Positions 1 through 12,677 of a stretch of 64,000 nucleotides of DNA are shown piece after piece. This DNA comes from Xylographa opegraphella (taxonomy: Eukaryota). The notes beneath the pieces were generated by a model. That model was not told where the DNA came from, did not search any database, and was given only the letters and a program-made list of their open reading frames with translations. A program made the translations under genes and the position numbers. Numbering within the stretch: the stretch's first letter is position 1; each line of letters starts with the position of its first letter. Location of the stretch: NCBI GenBank assembly GCA_022813865.1, contig JALDZX010000007.1, forward strand, positions 62,001 through 126,000, read 5' to 3'.

Positions 1-60
1 TTACCTATTTTGCTATCGTTCTTGTCATAATTACTCCGTTCGATTGCCTTGTTCAGTGCG

Positions 61-1062
61 ATGTCTATCCCTGGAAACCCAGACTCCCATACGTCGCACG
101 GTCCAGAATCTACGACAAAGATCTGGAGACCTGCTACCTATCTACACGCCGACCTCTCTCACCCGCCTCCACCGTACGCCGTCATCATCCTCAACCAACC
201 CATCGAGAACCCCCGTCTTTTCGTACAGGTCTGCGCCAAAGGTAACCCGCACTCCGACATCCCCCAACCCGTGCCCATCACTTATCCGAACCAGCCTCCC
301 TCGTGCTCGCTGCCGACGGCGGCCTGAACCGCTTGCGCCACCTGAGCCTCCACCATGACATCGGCATCGTACGTGAAGCCTCCACCCACCCCAGAGGCCG
401 TGACTTTTTCTAACCGACAGATCCCCCACGCCGTCTGCGGCGACATGGACTCCGTCCGCGCGGACGTCCTCGAGCACTACTCCAACCTAGGCACGAAGGT
501 GTACAAGGACCCGGACCAGTACTCCACCGACCTCACCAAATGTCTCCGGCACCTCAGCAGCCCGGAGTGGAAGCAGTACACCTTCCGCCACTGGGAGCGG
601 TACCGAATTCTCTCCCCGCAGAACAGGGACGCCGAAGTCGCGCACCAGAGCTCCCTCTCCCTCGACGCGACCCTCGACGTCCTCGTCGTCGGCAGCCTCG
701 GCGGCCGAGCCGACCAGGCCTTCTCCTTCATCCACCACCTCTACGCCGTGCACGAGGACCCGCTGATCCGGTGCGGGGACGTCTACCTGCTTGCTCCGGA
801 GAGCGTCATGTTTCTGCTGCGGGAGGGGCGCAATCGCATCCTCACGCCGGTGGCGACGTCGCTGCTCGGCGAGAACGTGGGCATCATCCCCGTCGCGCGG
901 CCAGCGGTCATCAGTACGCGCGGCTTGGAGTGGGACGTGCAGGCGTGGAAGACGGAGTTCGGGGGGCAGGTCAGCACGAGCAATCATGTGAGGAGCGAGA
1001 GTGTGGATGTGACTACGACGGAGCGCGTGCTCTTTACAGTCGAGCTGTGTTGCGTGGACTGA
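61..1062 (+). CDS. THI80: Thiamine pyrophosphokinase (3 exons; introns ~242-294 and ~369-420)
   Basis: Motifs IILNQPI, AADGG(L)NRL, GDMDS, DQYSTDLTKC, LGGRADQ, VGIIP, TRGLEWDV and FGGQVSTSNH join across two GT-AG introns. Confidence 0.92.
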
Positions 1063-1426
1063 GGGGTCTGGAGGCGGGTTTTTGGGCAGGATTTGGGGCG
1101 GCTTGGATGGCGGACGCTTATGTTGGCACGGGATCGTGATCTTTGGAATCAGAAGTTCTGTGGAGTGTCTGCTGGGGAGGATATAGGTTTGCCTTTATTT
1201 GGCCCTGATGTATGTGTGAATGCGCTACGTTGGAGTGATTGTAGGCGATTTTTGATGTCGAAGGCGATAACGGTTGTGATAGTGTGCTAGAAATGTATGT
1301 ATTCTACGGAGAACACCACTATTGCTCCTAGCTATCAACGATACAGCATACAAAAACCCCACCAAAACATTCCGGACAATGGTTAAATGACGCTGGAAAA
1401 CTCAACCCGCAAAAACCTGAAACCGC

Positions 1427-2314
1427 TCAACCCACCTTCCACATACCGACGTCCGTCTGAAATTGCAGACAGTGCTGCCGACTCAACAGCGAGACACGGA
1501 CATGGTGATCAACGCCTCCCTTCCACCCTATATCCTCGAGCGTGACCTCTCTGTTCCCACGATCCAGCGTCCAAACCTCGCCAGGGCTCCACTCGTGATG
1601 GCTATCTTCGGACCAGAGGACAAGGTGAAGAGGTCTGTCCCCCTCACCAGCGACAACGGACATGAAATCCAGACTTTGGACGAGTTGCTCGAGCGAGCAG
1701 TCTGCGCTGACGCCGAAAGCGGCGAATGCCTCCGGAGCGATGAGGTTTGGCCGGACACCGGAGGCGATGTTGGTCTGCTCTAATACGTAGTACAGCACTA
1801 GGATTTGCGAGTTCAGGAAGACGTCGCTGCTCCTTTCGTCTGGGGTGCCTTCACGTATTGGGCGCCGTGGTGTCGGATGGCGAGAATTCAGACATGGGTC
1901 GTTTGATAGGGGGCGGTGTAGAGCTAACAACTCTTGGCCATCGTTCCATGCTTGGAGGTAGAGTACGAAACTTTCCGATATCTTACCCATTTCAGTTACC
2001 GGAGATGCGGTTGGAGGAGCGACATCTGTTTCTAGTACTAGGGGTATGGATGGTCCGTCTTTTGGGATGATACTAGCATCGGAGCGAGTTGGATCCTCGT
2101 GAAGAGTTGGGCGGCTGGTATTCGAATGAATGCTGATTAAAGGATCAGACTGCTTGTTAGTTTGCACTACATCTCTATGCTCCCTATACTTATGATCGTT
2201 AACGCAATGCTGATTGGACGCCGTTGGATCTCCTTTCTCATCAACCCATTCAAGAACACTCCCGGAATAGAAACCATTAGGTTGGCGATTCAGAAAGTAT
2301 TTGACTGAAGGCAT
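1427..2314 (-). CDS. Hypothetical protein (~295 aa from first ATG)
   Basis: Uninterrupted ORF filling the gap between THI80 and L2HGDH; no recognisable domain. Confidence 0.4.
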   Translation of the reverse strand: MPSVKYFLNRQPNGFYSGSVLEWVDEKGDPTASNQHCVNDHKYREHRDVVQTNKQSDPLISIHSNTSRPTLHEDPTRSDASIIPKDGPSIPLVLETDVAPPTASPVTEMGKISESFVLYLQAWNDGQELLALHRPLSNDPCLNSRHPTPRRPIREGTPDERSSDVFLNSQILVLYYVLEQTNIASGVRPNLIAPEAFAAFGVSADCSLEQLVQSLDFMSVVAGEGDRPLHLVLWSEDSHHEWSPGEVWTLDRGNREVTLEDIGWKGGVDHHVRVSLLSRQHCLQFQTDVGMWKVG

Positions 2315-2599
2315 CTTGTCAAAGAAGCAGCGTTGCAAAATTGTTTTATCGAGTCAGAAGCGAGGCAAAACGGTACGAGAAGGAACAACGGTGAACCTTT
2401 GGTGGGTTTCCTTTAAAAATGGGTGAGCGATGCTCTTGACTTCTGTATATACAGCCTTTCCCAAAGGACCTGCAAACGATCAATACAGTGCTGGCAGAGA
2501 AACGCATCTCCAATCTCAGGCGCTATATGTGACTCCATGCTACATTTGTGAGCAATATTTTGTCGATCAGATTTTGGACGTGGTCTGGCGCGATCATGC

Positions 2600-3864
2600 T
2601 CATCGGTACAGCAAACCATCGACGTACTCCCCGATAGCCAACGAGCTTGTCAGCCCCGGACTTTCGATCCCGAGCAGATTCACAAACGTGTCAAAGCCAT
2701 CCTCCTTCCGAATGATGAAGTCTTGGAAGCCCTTGCCACTGGCCACAGCTCCAAGTTTGCCGAGCTTAGGCCGGATGCCGCAGTAGTCAACTTCCACGGC
2801 ATCCCGTTGTAAAGATGGGAGGTATGTCTCGATCTCGTCCAAGGCAGCCGCCAAGCGCGAGTGGTTTGGTTTGTAATCGTTCGGATCGTCCACCCATTCC
2901 ACATCCGGTCCAAAGCGCACTCGTGGCGGATTTGACAGATCGAGCGTGAGATGAGTGCCGAGACCGCCGTGGCCGGGTTTGGGAGCAGGGTAGACCAGAG
3001 TGTTTGGACGAGGATGGGAAGCGGAGTAGGAGAAATAGGTCCCTTTGGCATAGTAAGGCGTCAGGTGTCTCGACTCCGGTAAAACCATGTTTGAGATCGG
3101 AATAGCGAAGAGGCCGCCACTGTTGATGAGTGTTTCCGTTGTTACTGGCTCCGAACTACCATCATCACTTGCGGTGTGGATCTTAAATCCTCCCGAGGGA
3201 AGAGCCTCGATGCCTATGACCGCAGTATTGAAGGCAGTTTCCCCTCCCAACGACTGAAACTTGCCTTCCAGCCAAGTCATAAGACCATGTGAGTCAACTA
3301 TGCCGGTGGATACACTCTCAAGCACACCTGCCTGGGCGCGAACATCAGGCTCTTTATCATGGGCTTCTTGTAGCGGAAGAAATCGCGTAGGGACATCAAT
3401 AGATCTAGCAAATTTGTGCACTTTGACGAGCTCTTCCCACTGCTGGTCATCTTGGGCCACGATCCATTTCTTCGTGTTACGGTGCCCTATATTCTCCCGC
3501 CGGCAAAGATCGTACATCATATGTTTGCCTTGAAGACACAATTTCGTCTTGAGAGAATCATGGCCATAATACAGACCTGCATGGATGACTTCGGAGTTCC
3601 TGCTACTGGTTTCCGTACCCGCAGAGCCGTGTTTCTCAATTAGCAATGTCGTCGTCCCGTCTCTCTCCGCCAGTTTGCGCGCAATTGCAAGGCCGACAGC
3701 TCCAGCTCCGATGACCTGGCAATAGTCCATCAGCGATGGTGAATCATTTTTCTCAATCCGCAGCTTACCACATGGGTGAAATCAGCCCCTTTCGCCGACG
3801 TGGTGGCGAATTGACGCCGATTACAGTACGTGAGAAAGCGGTTGCTAGCTCTTATGGAAAACAT
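2600..3864 (-). CDS. L-2-hydroxyglutarate dehydrogenase-like FAD-dependent oxidoreductase, mitochondrial (intron 3716-3768)
   Basis: Exon 1 MFSIRASNRFLTYCNRRQFATT looks like a presequence. Motifs VIGAGAVGLA, ETSSRNSEVIHAGLYY, GLGTHLTLDL, FGPDVEW, YCGIRPK and NLLGIESPGLTSSLAI. Confidence 0.9.
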
Positions 3865-4503
3865 GATTTAGACTTTTCAAACTGATGTCAAATAGCAACA
3901 GAGGAGAAGTCACGAAAGAACATTAACATGATATAACTGCCTAAATACGACCATGTTTTAGTTGGGCTATCTAGCAAGTTTGACTATGACGTTGTATAAG
4001 GTGAAGCTGTAGCGACAAACGGTCATTCAGTGGTTTTTAGCCGGATAAGACCGGCTCTCCGCTTCGATATTCTACCTTGCTCTGTAATTACCATGTTTCG
4101 CAAGGCCGTACAGCAATCCAGGAACATAGAAATTTATCAGTAACCAAAGAGCTACACTGTTAGGAAGCACCCTGATCCAATAAACATGCGTACTCAAACC
4201 CACGAGGAAGCTTATCTTCAAGGTTTCCGCTTTCGTCACGACAATATCGTGATTACTGTATTAAATTGTAATAATGTTCGACGATAATCGAATCATAAAC
4301 AGTTGTCACAATCAGTTGCCTGTTGCAGTGAAGCCATAGTTCGCCATGCTATGCTGATGAGCTGACAGCTCAGAAAGACATCCCCACGTGTGCCTTCCAT
4401 TTTCTCCATAATCATTCCACCATTAAGTCATCGTCCGTAACGTCTTCATACCTGGATGTTTGTAGTCGAGTACTGTTGCCGCTCGCTGTTTTCGCAAAAA
4501 TGC

Positions 4504-5650
4504 TTATGCTTCACCTTTGTCCTCCTCACCCGACTGTGCACGAGACGAAGCCCGAGAGCTGGACGGCTCTAACGGCGGAGCAGCTAGATTTGACGGATTT
4601 ACTGGTGTTGTTACAGGTGCAGCATGTAGTTCGTTGACCTGACGCTCTTTGGACATTGTCAGCGTGTGGAACGAGAGATATTTTTCGATAGGCAATGTGT
4701 TGGACGAACCTAATTCTCTTATGCGCATCCGGAGCATCTGATTCTCTCGCGTCAAATTCTGAGTTTCAGCTTGATAGAAGGCGCTTTCATCGCGGCTACC
4801 ACCGCCTGCAAGGAGCCACTCATCGCCATGTGGATGCAGACCCGCTGAAAGGGGACGGATCGACGGTGAGCGACTCGAAGTTCTTGATCGCCGAGATGAT
4901 TGTCGGGAGAGCTCAAAAGAGCTACGAGGGATTGGCGAACGAGGTCGAGGATTGGTGACGGACATTGGTAGTGTTGGAGGTACATTAGGGAATGAGAATG
5001 AGCGCTCCGACGTTGGCGTCGAGTCGTCCACTGCAGCCGTGCTGGCGGATGGGGTGTAGCCGGCCTGTTGCATCTGTTGCAGCTGTATTTGTTGTTGTCG
5101 GATCATCTGCAGAAGTCGGTTCTACGGGCTCAAGGTTAGTGGAGCACATAACTGACACATCGTGCCGACATACCACTTGAGCCTCCTGCTCTTGTTCCAA
5201 TTCCTGGTGAAGTTCACCCAAGCTCGGAGCCCTCTGATGATGCGGATCGCCGGTAGCTATTGTGGGGGAGCCACCAATACTCTGAGGACTGGTGGTGCGG
5301 AAGGCATGCCCGATCGACGAACGAGGGTCACCCACCTGTAGCTCGCCTGGTCCTGGCAAACTTGGATCGTTCAGATTCAGGCTCATGGCAACGTTGGAGC
5401 GACGTCGCTCCGCCCGGGCCACTTGAGGAGAGCCTCGGCGATTGGAGCCCGTGGATGAACGTCTTGAATCTTGGTTCTGTATGCCAGCATTGATGGTGGC
5501 AGCAGCAGCTAACGAGACGGAAGACGTCCGCTGCAGTGGGGACGGAGTTTGACGTCTCAGAGACTCTGCATTGCTTCCGAACACACGGGTCTGGAACGGC
5601 GAAGCGTCTGGTGAACGGGAAGGCGGTAGTGAGTTGAGGTCAGGCGCCAT
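4504..5650 (-). CDS. Conserved fungal uncharacterised Ser/Arg-rich coiled-coil protein (3 exons)
   Basis: Two overlapping ORFs join via GT-AG introns: MAPDLNS..., RAPSLGELHQELEQEQEAQV|NRLLQMIRQQQ, RDESAFYQAETQNLTRENQMLRMRIREL|ERQ. Confidence 0.75.
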
Positions 5651-7002
5651 GGCAGACGATGGCAGCCTGTTGGCTTATACAGAGACCTGTCCCAAGATCG
5701 TGACTTGTACGCGTCCTTTAGAAGCATGAGACTGATATTGTGTCTGCTCAGAAGAACACCTTTGAGCATTCTGTACGCATTCAAACTTGCTAGACGATCC
5801 TTCGGGCTCATATTATTGTGAAGCTCTTCGTGGAGCAGCGGCTTGTTCCGCCCCTTCACGTGCGGTAGGGCTGATCCCGGTCGGCATTCCATACCGAGAT
5901 AATAAGTTACGGAAGGATTGACGCCCAAAGGTTTCACGACCAACACATTGTTCATTGTAGCATCGCAGTACCGTGTCTACACGGAACAAAGCGCGGTGGA
6001 CGGAAGGCCTCGGTCTTTCGTTGTTGACTCGGTGGACATCTGTTCCTTTGTGTTCCCAGAATGTTTCAGCTGGCGACAGTGCACGGCTTACGGAGCAGGC
6101 ACCGGGCTCATGATTTTCATCTCCACGCCCACGGAGCGCGCTACGTATCTTGATACGGCACTCGCGGCCTCGGAATCGTCATCTGCCAAATAAGAATGCT
6201 CACTTAATTTCCACACTTGCGTGGGATTATTGCAGCCAAGATTGGTTACGGAGGTAAGCCTCCAGGATTCGGTGCGCCCAACTCTGGAACGACCACTCAG
6301 AGGCCGCCATGGCTTGTGGAGCGCCCACGAACGACTCCATGCTGCTCCCGCACCAGCTCGCGTTCGCACACGGCTTTTGTGCTTCTTTAGCGACGCCTTC
6401 ATGCTCCATGCTGGATTCGAGGTATGGATGATCCTAACCATGCCTTTGTCTTCTGACGCTGCTCATGTCATTTCGGATATTGGCCATGTTCTGACGTATC
6501 GGATTCTGCTGAATAACAACGTAAAGTCCCCTCAGCACTGGGTATGATCGCTGTACCTTTAGCGCTTCCTCTGGCGTGTTGGTTTCTCCTGAGTTGCCCA
6601 GCATTGACTTTCCTCCATCATCCGTGCCTCCGCTGCCGTGTAATAAGAGACAGGCCTCGTTTCACGTGAACCCTCCTCCTCCCAAGCCATTCTTTCTATT
6701 TCTTCACTATTGCACCATCTGACTTTTCTTCCTGCGCTGGTTTCGCTTTCTGGTATTCAGTCGCTTCACACGAACATATTGCATGAACGGGGGTTTCTGT
6801 GCAGTATCACAACCTATCATTCACTGAATCTTTTTTATGCGCGTGAATTATCATACTCTGCACCCGTGATACTTCTGCGGGTCGATACTACAGGTCGTTC
6901 ATTTTCGGCGGCGATCTTGATGGGGAATCGGGGTAATCATCAAGTCAATGAATTTCACTCCAGCACAGTGACTTGTTGGAACTTGCTATATCTCCAATCG
7001 CG

Positions 7003-9471
7003 ATGGAGCAATCTGTACCCGAAACCCACCAAGGGACGGCCTTTCGAAGGGGCAAACAAATTGCCCCGATATTGACGTCCTTTGAATCCGACCATCCCAC
7101 GAGGCTCCAACGACCTCGTCCCGTTGAAACCATCATATACGAACTACCTCTGAAAGCTCTAGCTTCAGTACCTACATCTCCCCCTCTACAACATCGAATG
7201 TCTCGAGGTGGACTACGAAGTCTTTTTAGTCGGACCAAGTCAGCGAAGGTCGTGAAGCGGGTGGAACAACTGCAAAATACCATAGAGGAAGATGATATTT
7301 CTACAAACCCGGTGCAGAAGCCCGCCACGTTGTCTGTAGGGTCGGTCCGAAATGGCCGCAGTTCGTTCACACAAGAGTCTTCCTCGACGTCGACGCGAAT
7401 TGTTACACCGGTTTCAAGACAACAGCCGCTCTGCAGGGCAGCATATAATGCGCAGCCAGCAGAACGACCTGCCAGAAAAGAACATCCTGTTCAGTCACTC
7501 AAGACATGGAATCCCCCTCCGCTATTTCAGGCATACCCACAAGCAGTAAAACATTCCAATCTCCCCGCGCCCACGTCGTCGGTGGAGGCCATACTGAGGA
7601 TGGAAAAGCAACGCCGCGTCAATGAAAGGAAGCAAGCTCCACCACAAGGCGCAGCAGACAAGAATCCGGAACAACCAGAGGAGAGGGATAACCAGCAAGA
7701 AGGTATTCTTGCGAAGGGTCACAGGTCTCGAAAATCAGGCGGAAGTCAGATAGAGTGGACGTCCAAGGTCTTCGTCCTCGCTACTTCTGGATTCTTACTG
7801 CAGTATACAGGAGACGGCACTTTTGATAGGCTGCCAGAGAAGATACTTCAGCTTGGGAAAGACTCCGCCGCTTTTGCGAGTGATCTAATCCCCGGGCAGC
7901 GTTGGGTGCTTCAAATCTTGCAGGCTTCCGATGAGACAGGAGCAACGACAAATTCAACATCAGTCCTCTCCAGACTCGGGTTCCGTAGCGAAAGGAGAAG
8001 GTCGGTATCAAGCTTTTTATTGGTCCTTGACAGTCCAGAGGAAATGAATTCATGGCTTGTCGCTGTTCGGAAAGAAATCGAGACCTTGGGAGGCAAGAGC
8101 TATCGCCCAGATGTTGGCATACGGAAAACAACGGACGAGGTAATTCGGCAGTTGCGAGATAAACCCAGTCGACGATACTTGGTCAAACGCGACCCGAATC
8201 AATTTTCGAATCAACGTGCTCCACAATCTTTCCCGAGCAATGTCAACGATTCTGAAGGGACGGAGGGAGATATGTCCTCTGATTACGCTAATCAGGATCT
8301 ACTTCAACAGGGCAGACAACCTTCTCTACGCCAAGCACAATCGATAGCATTCAAAACACTCGCACCAGAAGGGACTTTACTCGAGGGATTACGTGGAAGC
8401 AGCAGGTCTTCATATGCTTCGACTGGTACCAGAACATCTGCAACTCCTTTCGCAGCCTCGCCTGTTCCATCACCTTCAATGACCAATTTTATGGGCGATA
8501 CTCTGCGTTCGGAAAATGGTGGAATCCTCACATACACGGCTCTTGAAACTACACGCCGACGGTCATTTCAAAGCAATGTATCACGAGTCAACGAGGGGAG
8601 AACCTCTCTCGATGTCAAGCGATCAACCCCAACGTCTCGACCTCTTTCTACCAACAGTGGTTCTACATATTGCTCTGCCTCACCAGTGGCAACTAATTTC
8701 AGTGTACCCAGTTTCAGCAAACGAGCTATGCAGCCAGGTCATCCATCACAACTACCAACCCCACCAGCATCGGCCGGTACCATACAAAGGTCGCCCTCAC
8801 CGAATCCCCCCGATGCTCTCCATGAGCGTCCAGACTCTGTTTTAGGGGAATTGCCAATGCTACGAGCAAGCTCAAGTGTCTCACGGTCTCGGATAAGCTT
8901 GAAACAGGACCCACCATCCACCATATTCAGTCCCGCAACGTCCGACTCAAAAGCACTTCCGAAAGTCCCGAGTGCCTTTCACTCTCACGCCGATCGGCCA
9001 ATTCCACGACGATTTTCATCTCTTGAATACGCCTCCGGAAATCTCTCATTGCCCAATTTGCGCCACAACCCATCTCCTCATCCTCCGCCGACCTCCGCGC
9101 TTCCTGCTCTTCCTCCTGCTGACACGTCGTCCTCGAATTCACAACATCTGGACTCCACTGTCAGCTTTGCCACTTCTCGCAAGCTTCGCCGGCCTGCGAG
9201 TATGCAAGTCCGCAATGATCCATTGCCTCAGTTACGATCGAGCTCCTCGCAGGCGAGGATGCATTCTATCGCTTCATCGGGTCAGCATCCAAGCTCTAAC
9301 CAGATGACTTCATCTGCAGTTCCCACTTCCAGTCTTACTTCACCGCGAAAAGAAGACATTCCCACCGTCCCTGTCGTTAGAATTTCGGAAAGCAGCCCTC
9401 GAATCAGAGGGAGAGGCTGGGCTGAATATGGTGGGATTGAGCTTGGAACGAGAGGTGTAACGGTCTCGTGA
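7003..9471 (+). CDS. PH-domain-containing protein with long disordered Ser/Pro-rich tail
   Basis: Single long ORF. WNPPPLFQAYPQAVK is followed by a PH-like core (KVFVLATSGFLLQY...LPEKILQLGKDSAAFASDLIPG..WVLQI...LLVLDSPEEMNSWLVAVRKEI). Start codon uncertain. Confidence 0.8.
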   Translation: MEQSVPETHQGTAFRRGKQIAPILTSFESDHPTRLQRPRPVETIIYELPLKALASVPTSPPLQHRMSRGGLRSLFSRTKSAKVVKRVEQLQNTIEEDDISTNPVQKPATLSVGSVRNGRSSFTQESSSTSTRIVTPVSRQQPLCRAAYNAQPAERPARKEHPVQSLKTWNPPPLFQAYPQAVKHSNLPAPTSSVEAILRMEKQRRVNERKQAPPQGAADKNPEQPEERDNQQEGILAKGHRSRKSGGSQIEWTSKVFVLATSGFLLQYTGDGTFDRLPEKILQLGKDSAAFASDLIPGQRWVLQILQASDETGATTNSTSVLSRLGFRSERRRSVSSFLLVLDSPEEMNSWLVAVRKEIETLGGKSYRPDVGIRKTTDEVIRQLRDKPSRRYLVKRDPNQFSNQRAPQSFPSNVNDSEGTEGDMSSDYANQDLLQQGRQPSLRQAQSIAFKTLAPEGTLLEGLRGSSRSSYASTGTRTSATPFAASPVPSPSMTNFMGDTLRSENGGILTYTALETTRRRSFQSNVSRVNEGRTSLDVKRSTPTSRPLSTNSGSTYCSASPVATNFSVPSFSKRAMQPGHPSQLPTPPASAGTIQRSPSPNPPDALHERPDSVLGELPMLRASSSVSRSRISLKQDPPSTIFSPATSDSKALPKVPSAFHSHADRPIPRRFSSLEYASGNLSLPNLRHNPSPHPPPTSALPALPPADTSSSNSQHLDSTVSFATSRKLRRPASMQVRNDPLPQLRSSSSQARMHSIASSGQHPSSNQMTSSAVPTSSLTSPRKEDIPTVPVVRISESSPRIRGRGWAEYGGIELGTRGVTVS

Positions 9472-10391
9472 GATTGAAAATTTCAAAGCATCAGTCACTG
9501 GCAAGGCCTCGATACTGCAGTTATAAAGTTCTTTTTATGCATCCGGTATACACTTGATCGTTTGTGACGCACTTCAAGTCATATTTCATCTGTACCACCA
9601 CCATATTCACCAGCTCTGATTCGTTGCTGTATCATTACACCTCGGACGCCTCCCTGCAATGCGTGTGACGAGATTGGTATGGAGCCGTACGCTGATCTGA
9701 TGGATTTTTTTGGCGTGTTACTTGTACAATTATAATGTTTGCACGAGACGTCTTTTCAGCATTGGAGTGTCAGAGCCAAGGCCTGTTCACTTGTATTATA
9801 GGTTCATCCTATGTGGTTGGTTTTGGGACAGTGTTCTTGATCAATGAGATGTAGGTATATAACGACGTGGAACAGAGTATGAAACCAAAAGAATATATAT
9901 TTACAACGGTACATGTGACTCCCGATCAATTTTGATGCCTCGTGTCAAGCACATAAACCAATATTTGATCGTCAGTCACCGTTAGCAATCTACGTTGCAA
10001 TCGAAGGAACTTGGGACCGCAGATAATACTTGTGATATGGAGGCCTCGTTGAGTCTCATCTACACGAGCGCGTTCCAGTGAAGTTCTGTTCCCACTTGGT
10101 CCACTCTATATCCACATCACTCTTTCTTCTCGGTTGATCGCAAATGTTGTGTGAGGGCCTACGACACTTTCGGTCCTGAGTACTCGGGCAGTGCTCTGCT
10201 AGTTCTATTTACGGCTAGATCCCGCCGTAACCCTGCCCCGCGGCCGCCCGTTTCTCACCTGGAGAAATAAATAACTTTATGATCGTGGCATCTTTCGAGC
10301 GTTACATCCAGAAATGCGATATTGAACTCACGTCCCTTCATCATCCGATTCTTCGTAAGACACCTTTGCCTTCTTCAAATCCTCTCCCATC

Positions 10392-11758
10392 ATGCAAGCG
10401 CCTCCAGCTCCGGGACAGCAGCCCTCCCCGCAACAAATCGCGGTCATGCAGCAAGCCATGGCTGCCGAAGCCCAAAAGCGAGGCATGACGCCCCAGCAGT
10501 TCCAAGCCGCACAACGTGCTCAACTCGAAGCCGATGCAAAAAAGGCGGGCCTCACATTCGAGCAGTACATCAACCAACTGAAGCAGCAAGCATTCCAAAA
10601 CCATCAGCGCCAGCAGCAGCTCGCTCAGCAGCAGGCCGCCGCTGGACAGCAATCGCCAACAACACCAGGTTCACCCCAGCAGGGACAGCAGGTGCCTATA
10701 AATCCTGGTACGCCCGATCCGAGGGCAGTGGCGGTAGCGAAATGGTTGAGATCGCAGGACTTGAAGTCCAGGACATGCATCTTAAACGGGCAGAGGAAGG
10801 ATATGTTTAAAGGTATGGGCCACATCGTTTTTTTGCATCTGCAATCTTTGCGCCTTGAAGATTGAAGAGTCCGTACTATCGTTACTAATAGCCACGCTTC
10901 AATAGTTAAACGCGCTCTCCGCGCCATTGAATCCCCAGCCTACACCATCGCGTCCAAGAAGAAAAACTCCGGCCTTCCCGAACTCACGTCCACCTTCCCC
11001 GCCACTGAGATCTTCAAACTTTTGCCGCTCTCTCTCCTTGCTCTGCGCGTTTCGAAGACCGACCCTCACGAAGGTCACGGCCATGCGCCGCCCGCTAAGC
11101 CCGCAAAACGTACCAAGGGGCTTTGGCATGTTCGCATCGAGCAGCAACAGGACATCTCGCCAGAACTCCACTACATTTTCCTCTACGAAGGTCCACAGTG
11201 GCGCACAAAGCTGTACGCGGGTGGTGCACTATTACTGATTATGGCGGTGATTATGTTCCCACTGTGGCCGGTAAAGCTGCGAATTGGGGTGTGGTACCTG
11301 AGCATGGGTATGGTGGGCTTAATTGGGCTATTTTTCCTCATGGCCATCTTCAGATTGATCTTGTTTGTCGCGACGATGTTCACGGTGCCGCCGGGACTGT
11401 GGCTGTATCCGAATTTGTTTGAGGATGTAGGCTTCTTTGATAGTTTCCGGCCTGTGTGGGGTTGGCAGGAGGTGAGTTTTCCGCCCTCTCTGCATCATCT
11501 TCCATGGATTCATCTCTCAATACTGCTACGAGCGGTGTGAGTTCTGCACAAGGGTGCTAATATGCCTCTTCTTTTTAGGAAAAGAAGAAGAAATCGAAAG
11601 ACAGCAAAAAGGGAGCCGACAACAAAAATGCCGCCCCTACCACAGCCGACGGGCAGACGCTGTCCGCACCTATAACAACTACTGCTACTGCTACGAAAGG
11701 TGGGGCTCACGAGAGGCGGAATCTGACACCTCGAATCGAAGAGGTTGAAGAGGATTAG
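10392..11758 (+). CDS. SEC62: Translocation protein Sec62 (3 exons)
   Basis: Q-rich N-terminus, AVAKWLRSQDLKSRTCILNGQRKDMFK|VKRALRA, two TM segments around FPLWP, GLWLYPNLFEDVGFFDSFRPVWGW, and a Lys-rich tail ending PRIEEVEED*. Confidence 0.93.
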
Positions 11759-12500
11759 ATGGTCCGAGGTCGGACTTTTGAATTCTATCAGAGGGATGTA
11801 TGCATAGAGGCGCAAACGGACTTTTAGGGGCGGAACACGAATGTCTGGAAATACTGGAGTAGAGACGAGAAAAGTCTATTGATTGAGGTTTCCAGCTGTA
11901 TTCATAAGCCTTGTGAATCTCACACCTAGCCACTTACCCTTAGTCTTGTCATGTTTGTCGCCAAACGTCCTTTTCCTCTTGTTCTTTACACTTCCTCATT
12001 CAGCCCCTATCTGTAGCACACAGAAACAGAAACCAGCCGTCTGCAAGCAGCATCTGTGAAGCAAATCCTGCCCGGCGTGTACCGGCATCCTACTAATTAA
12101 TTTATTTTCAACTGACAATGACAGATACTTGTCTGGAAGAAACGTGTCATGCTCGAAAACGGTCACAACTTGTCCCGAAGGACACGGTCCTCGAGCCGAG
12201 ATGAGTAATACAACTCAGTACTCGTGTGGGACAACAGCTTGAAGCCCACCCAGCACGAATCACCGACCACATAGCCAAGCACTAGATCAGACGACCTACC
12301 TTATGCCAGCACTCACTCACAATAGCACCGATACGTGAGCAGGTCTTCAGAAGAGAAATGTTTTATAATCGCCAGAGAATTTATCTCTAACACAAAGATT
12401 CATTCATTCTACCCTACCTCCCAGGAGTAAGCATTCAACACCACTTCCGAGGACCTACCGTAACGAACCCCACCGTTTCCTTTCGTCCCCACTTCACCGC

Positions 12501-12677
12501 TCAACGCCGCGAACGGCTATTTTGCTTCAGGGGGCAGCTTGCGTGTGGGCACGCTTGGGCGGTGACGATGTCTTGCGTGAACCAGCCGCCGCATGGGCCC
12601 GGGCAGCGGACCGGGTCGTACGCTTGTATGACCACGCAGTAGCCGCAGGCGTAGAGGAGGTGGGTGGCGAAGCACAT
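12501..12677 (-). CDS. Putative 58-aa cysteine-rich microprotein (below the ORF-track cutoff)
   Basis: MCFATHLLYACGYCVVIQAYDPVRCPGPCGGWFTQDIVTAQACPHASCPLKQNSRSRR. Seven Cys, strongly C/G-ending codons, CAAACATG start context and TATAAA ~165 nt upstream on the minus strand. Confidence 0.5.
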   Translation of the reverse strand: MCFATHLLYACGYCVVIQAYDPVRCPGPCGGWFTQDIVTAQACPHASCPLKQNSRSRR

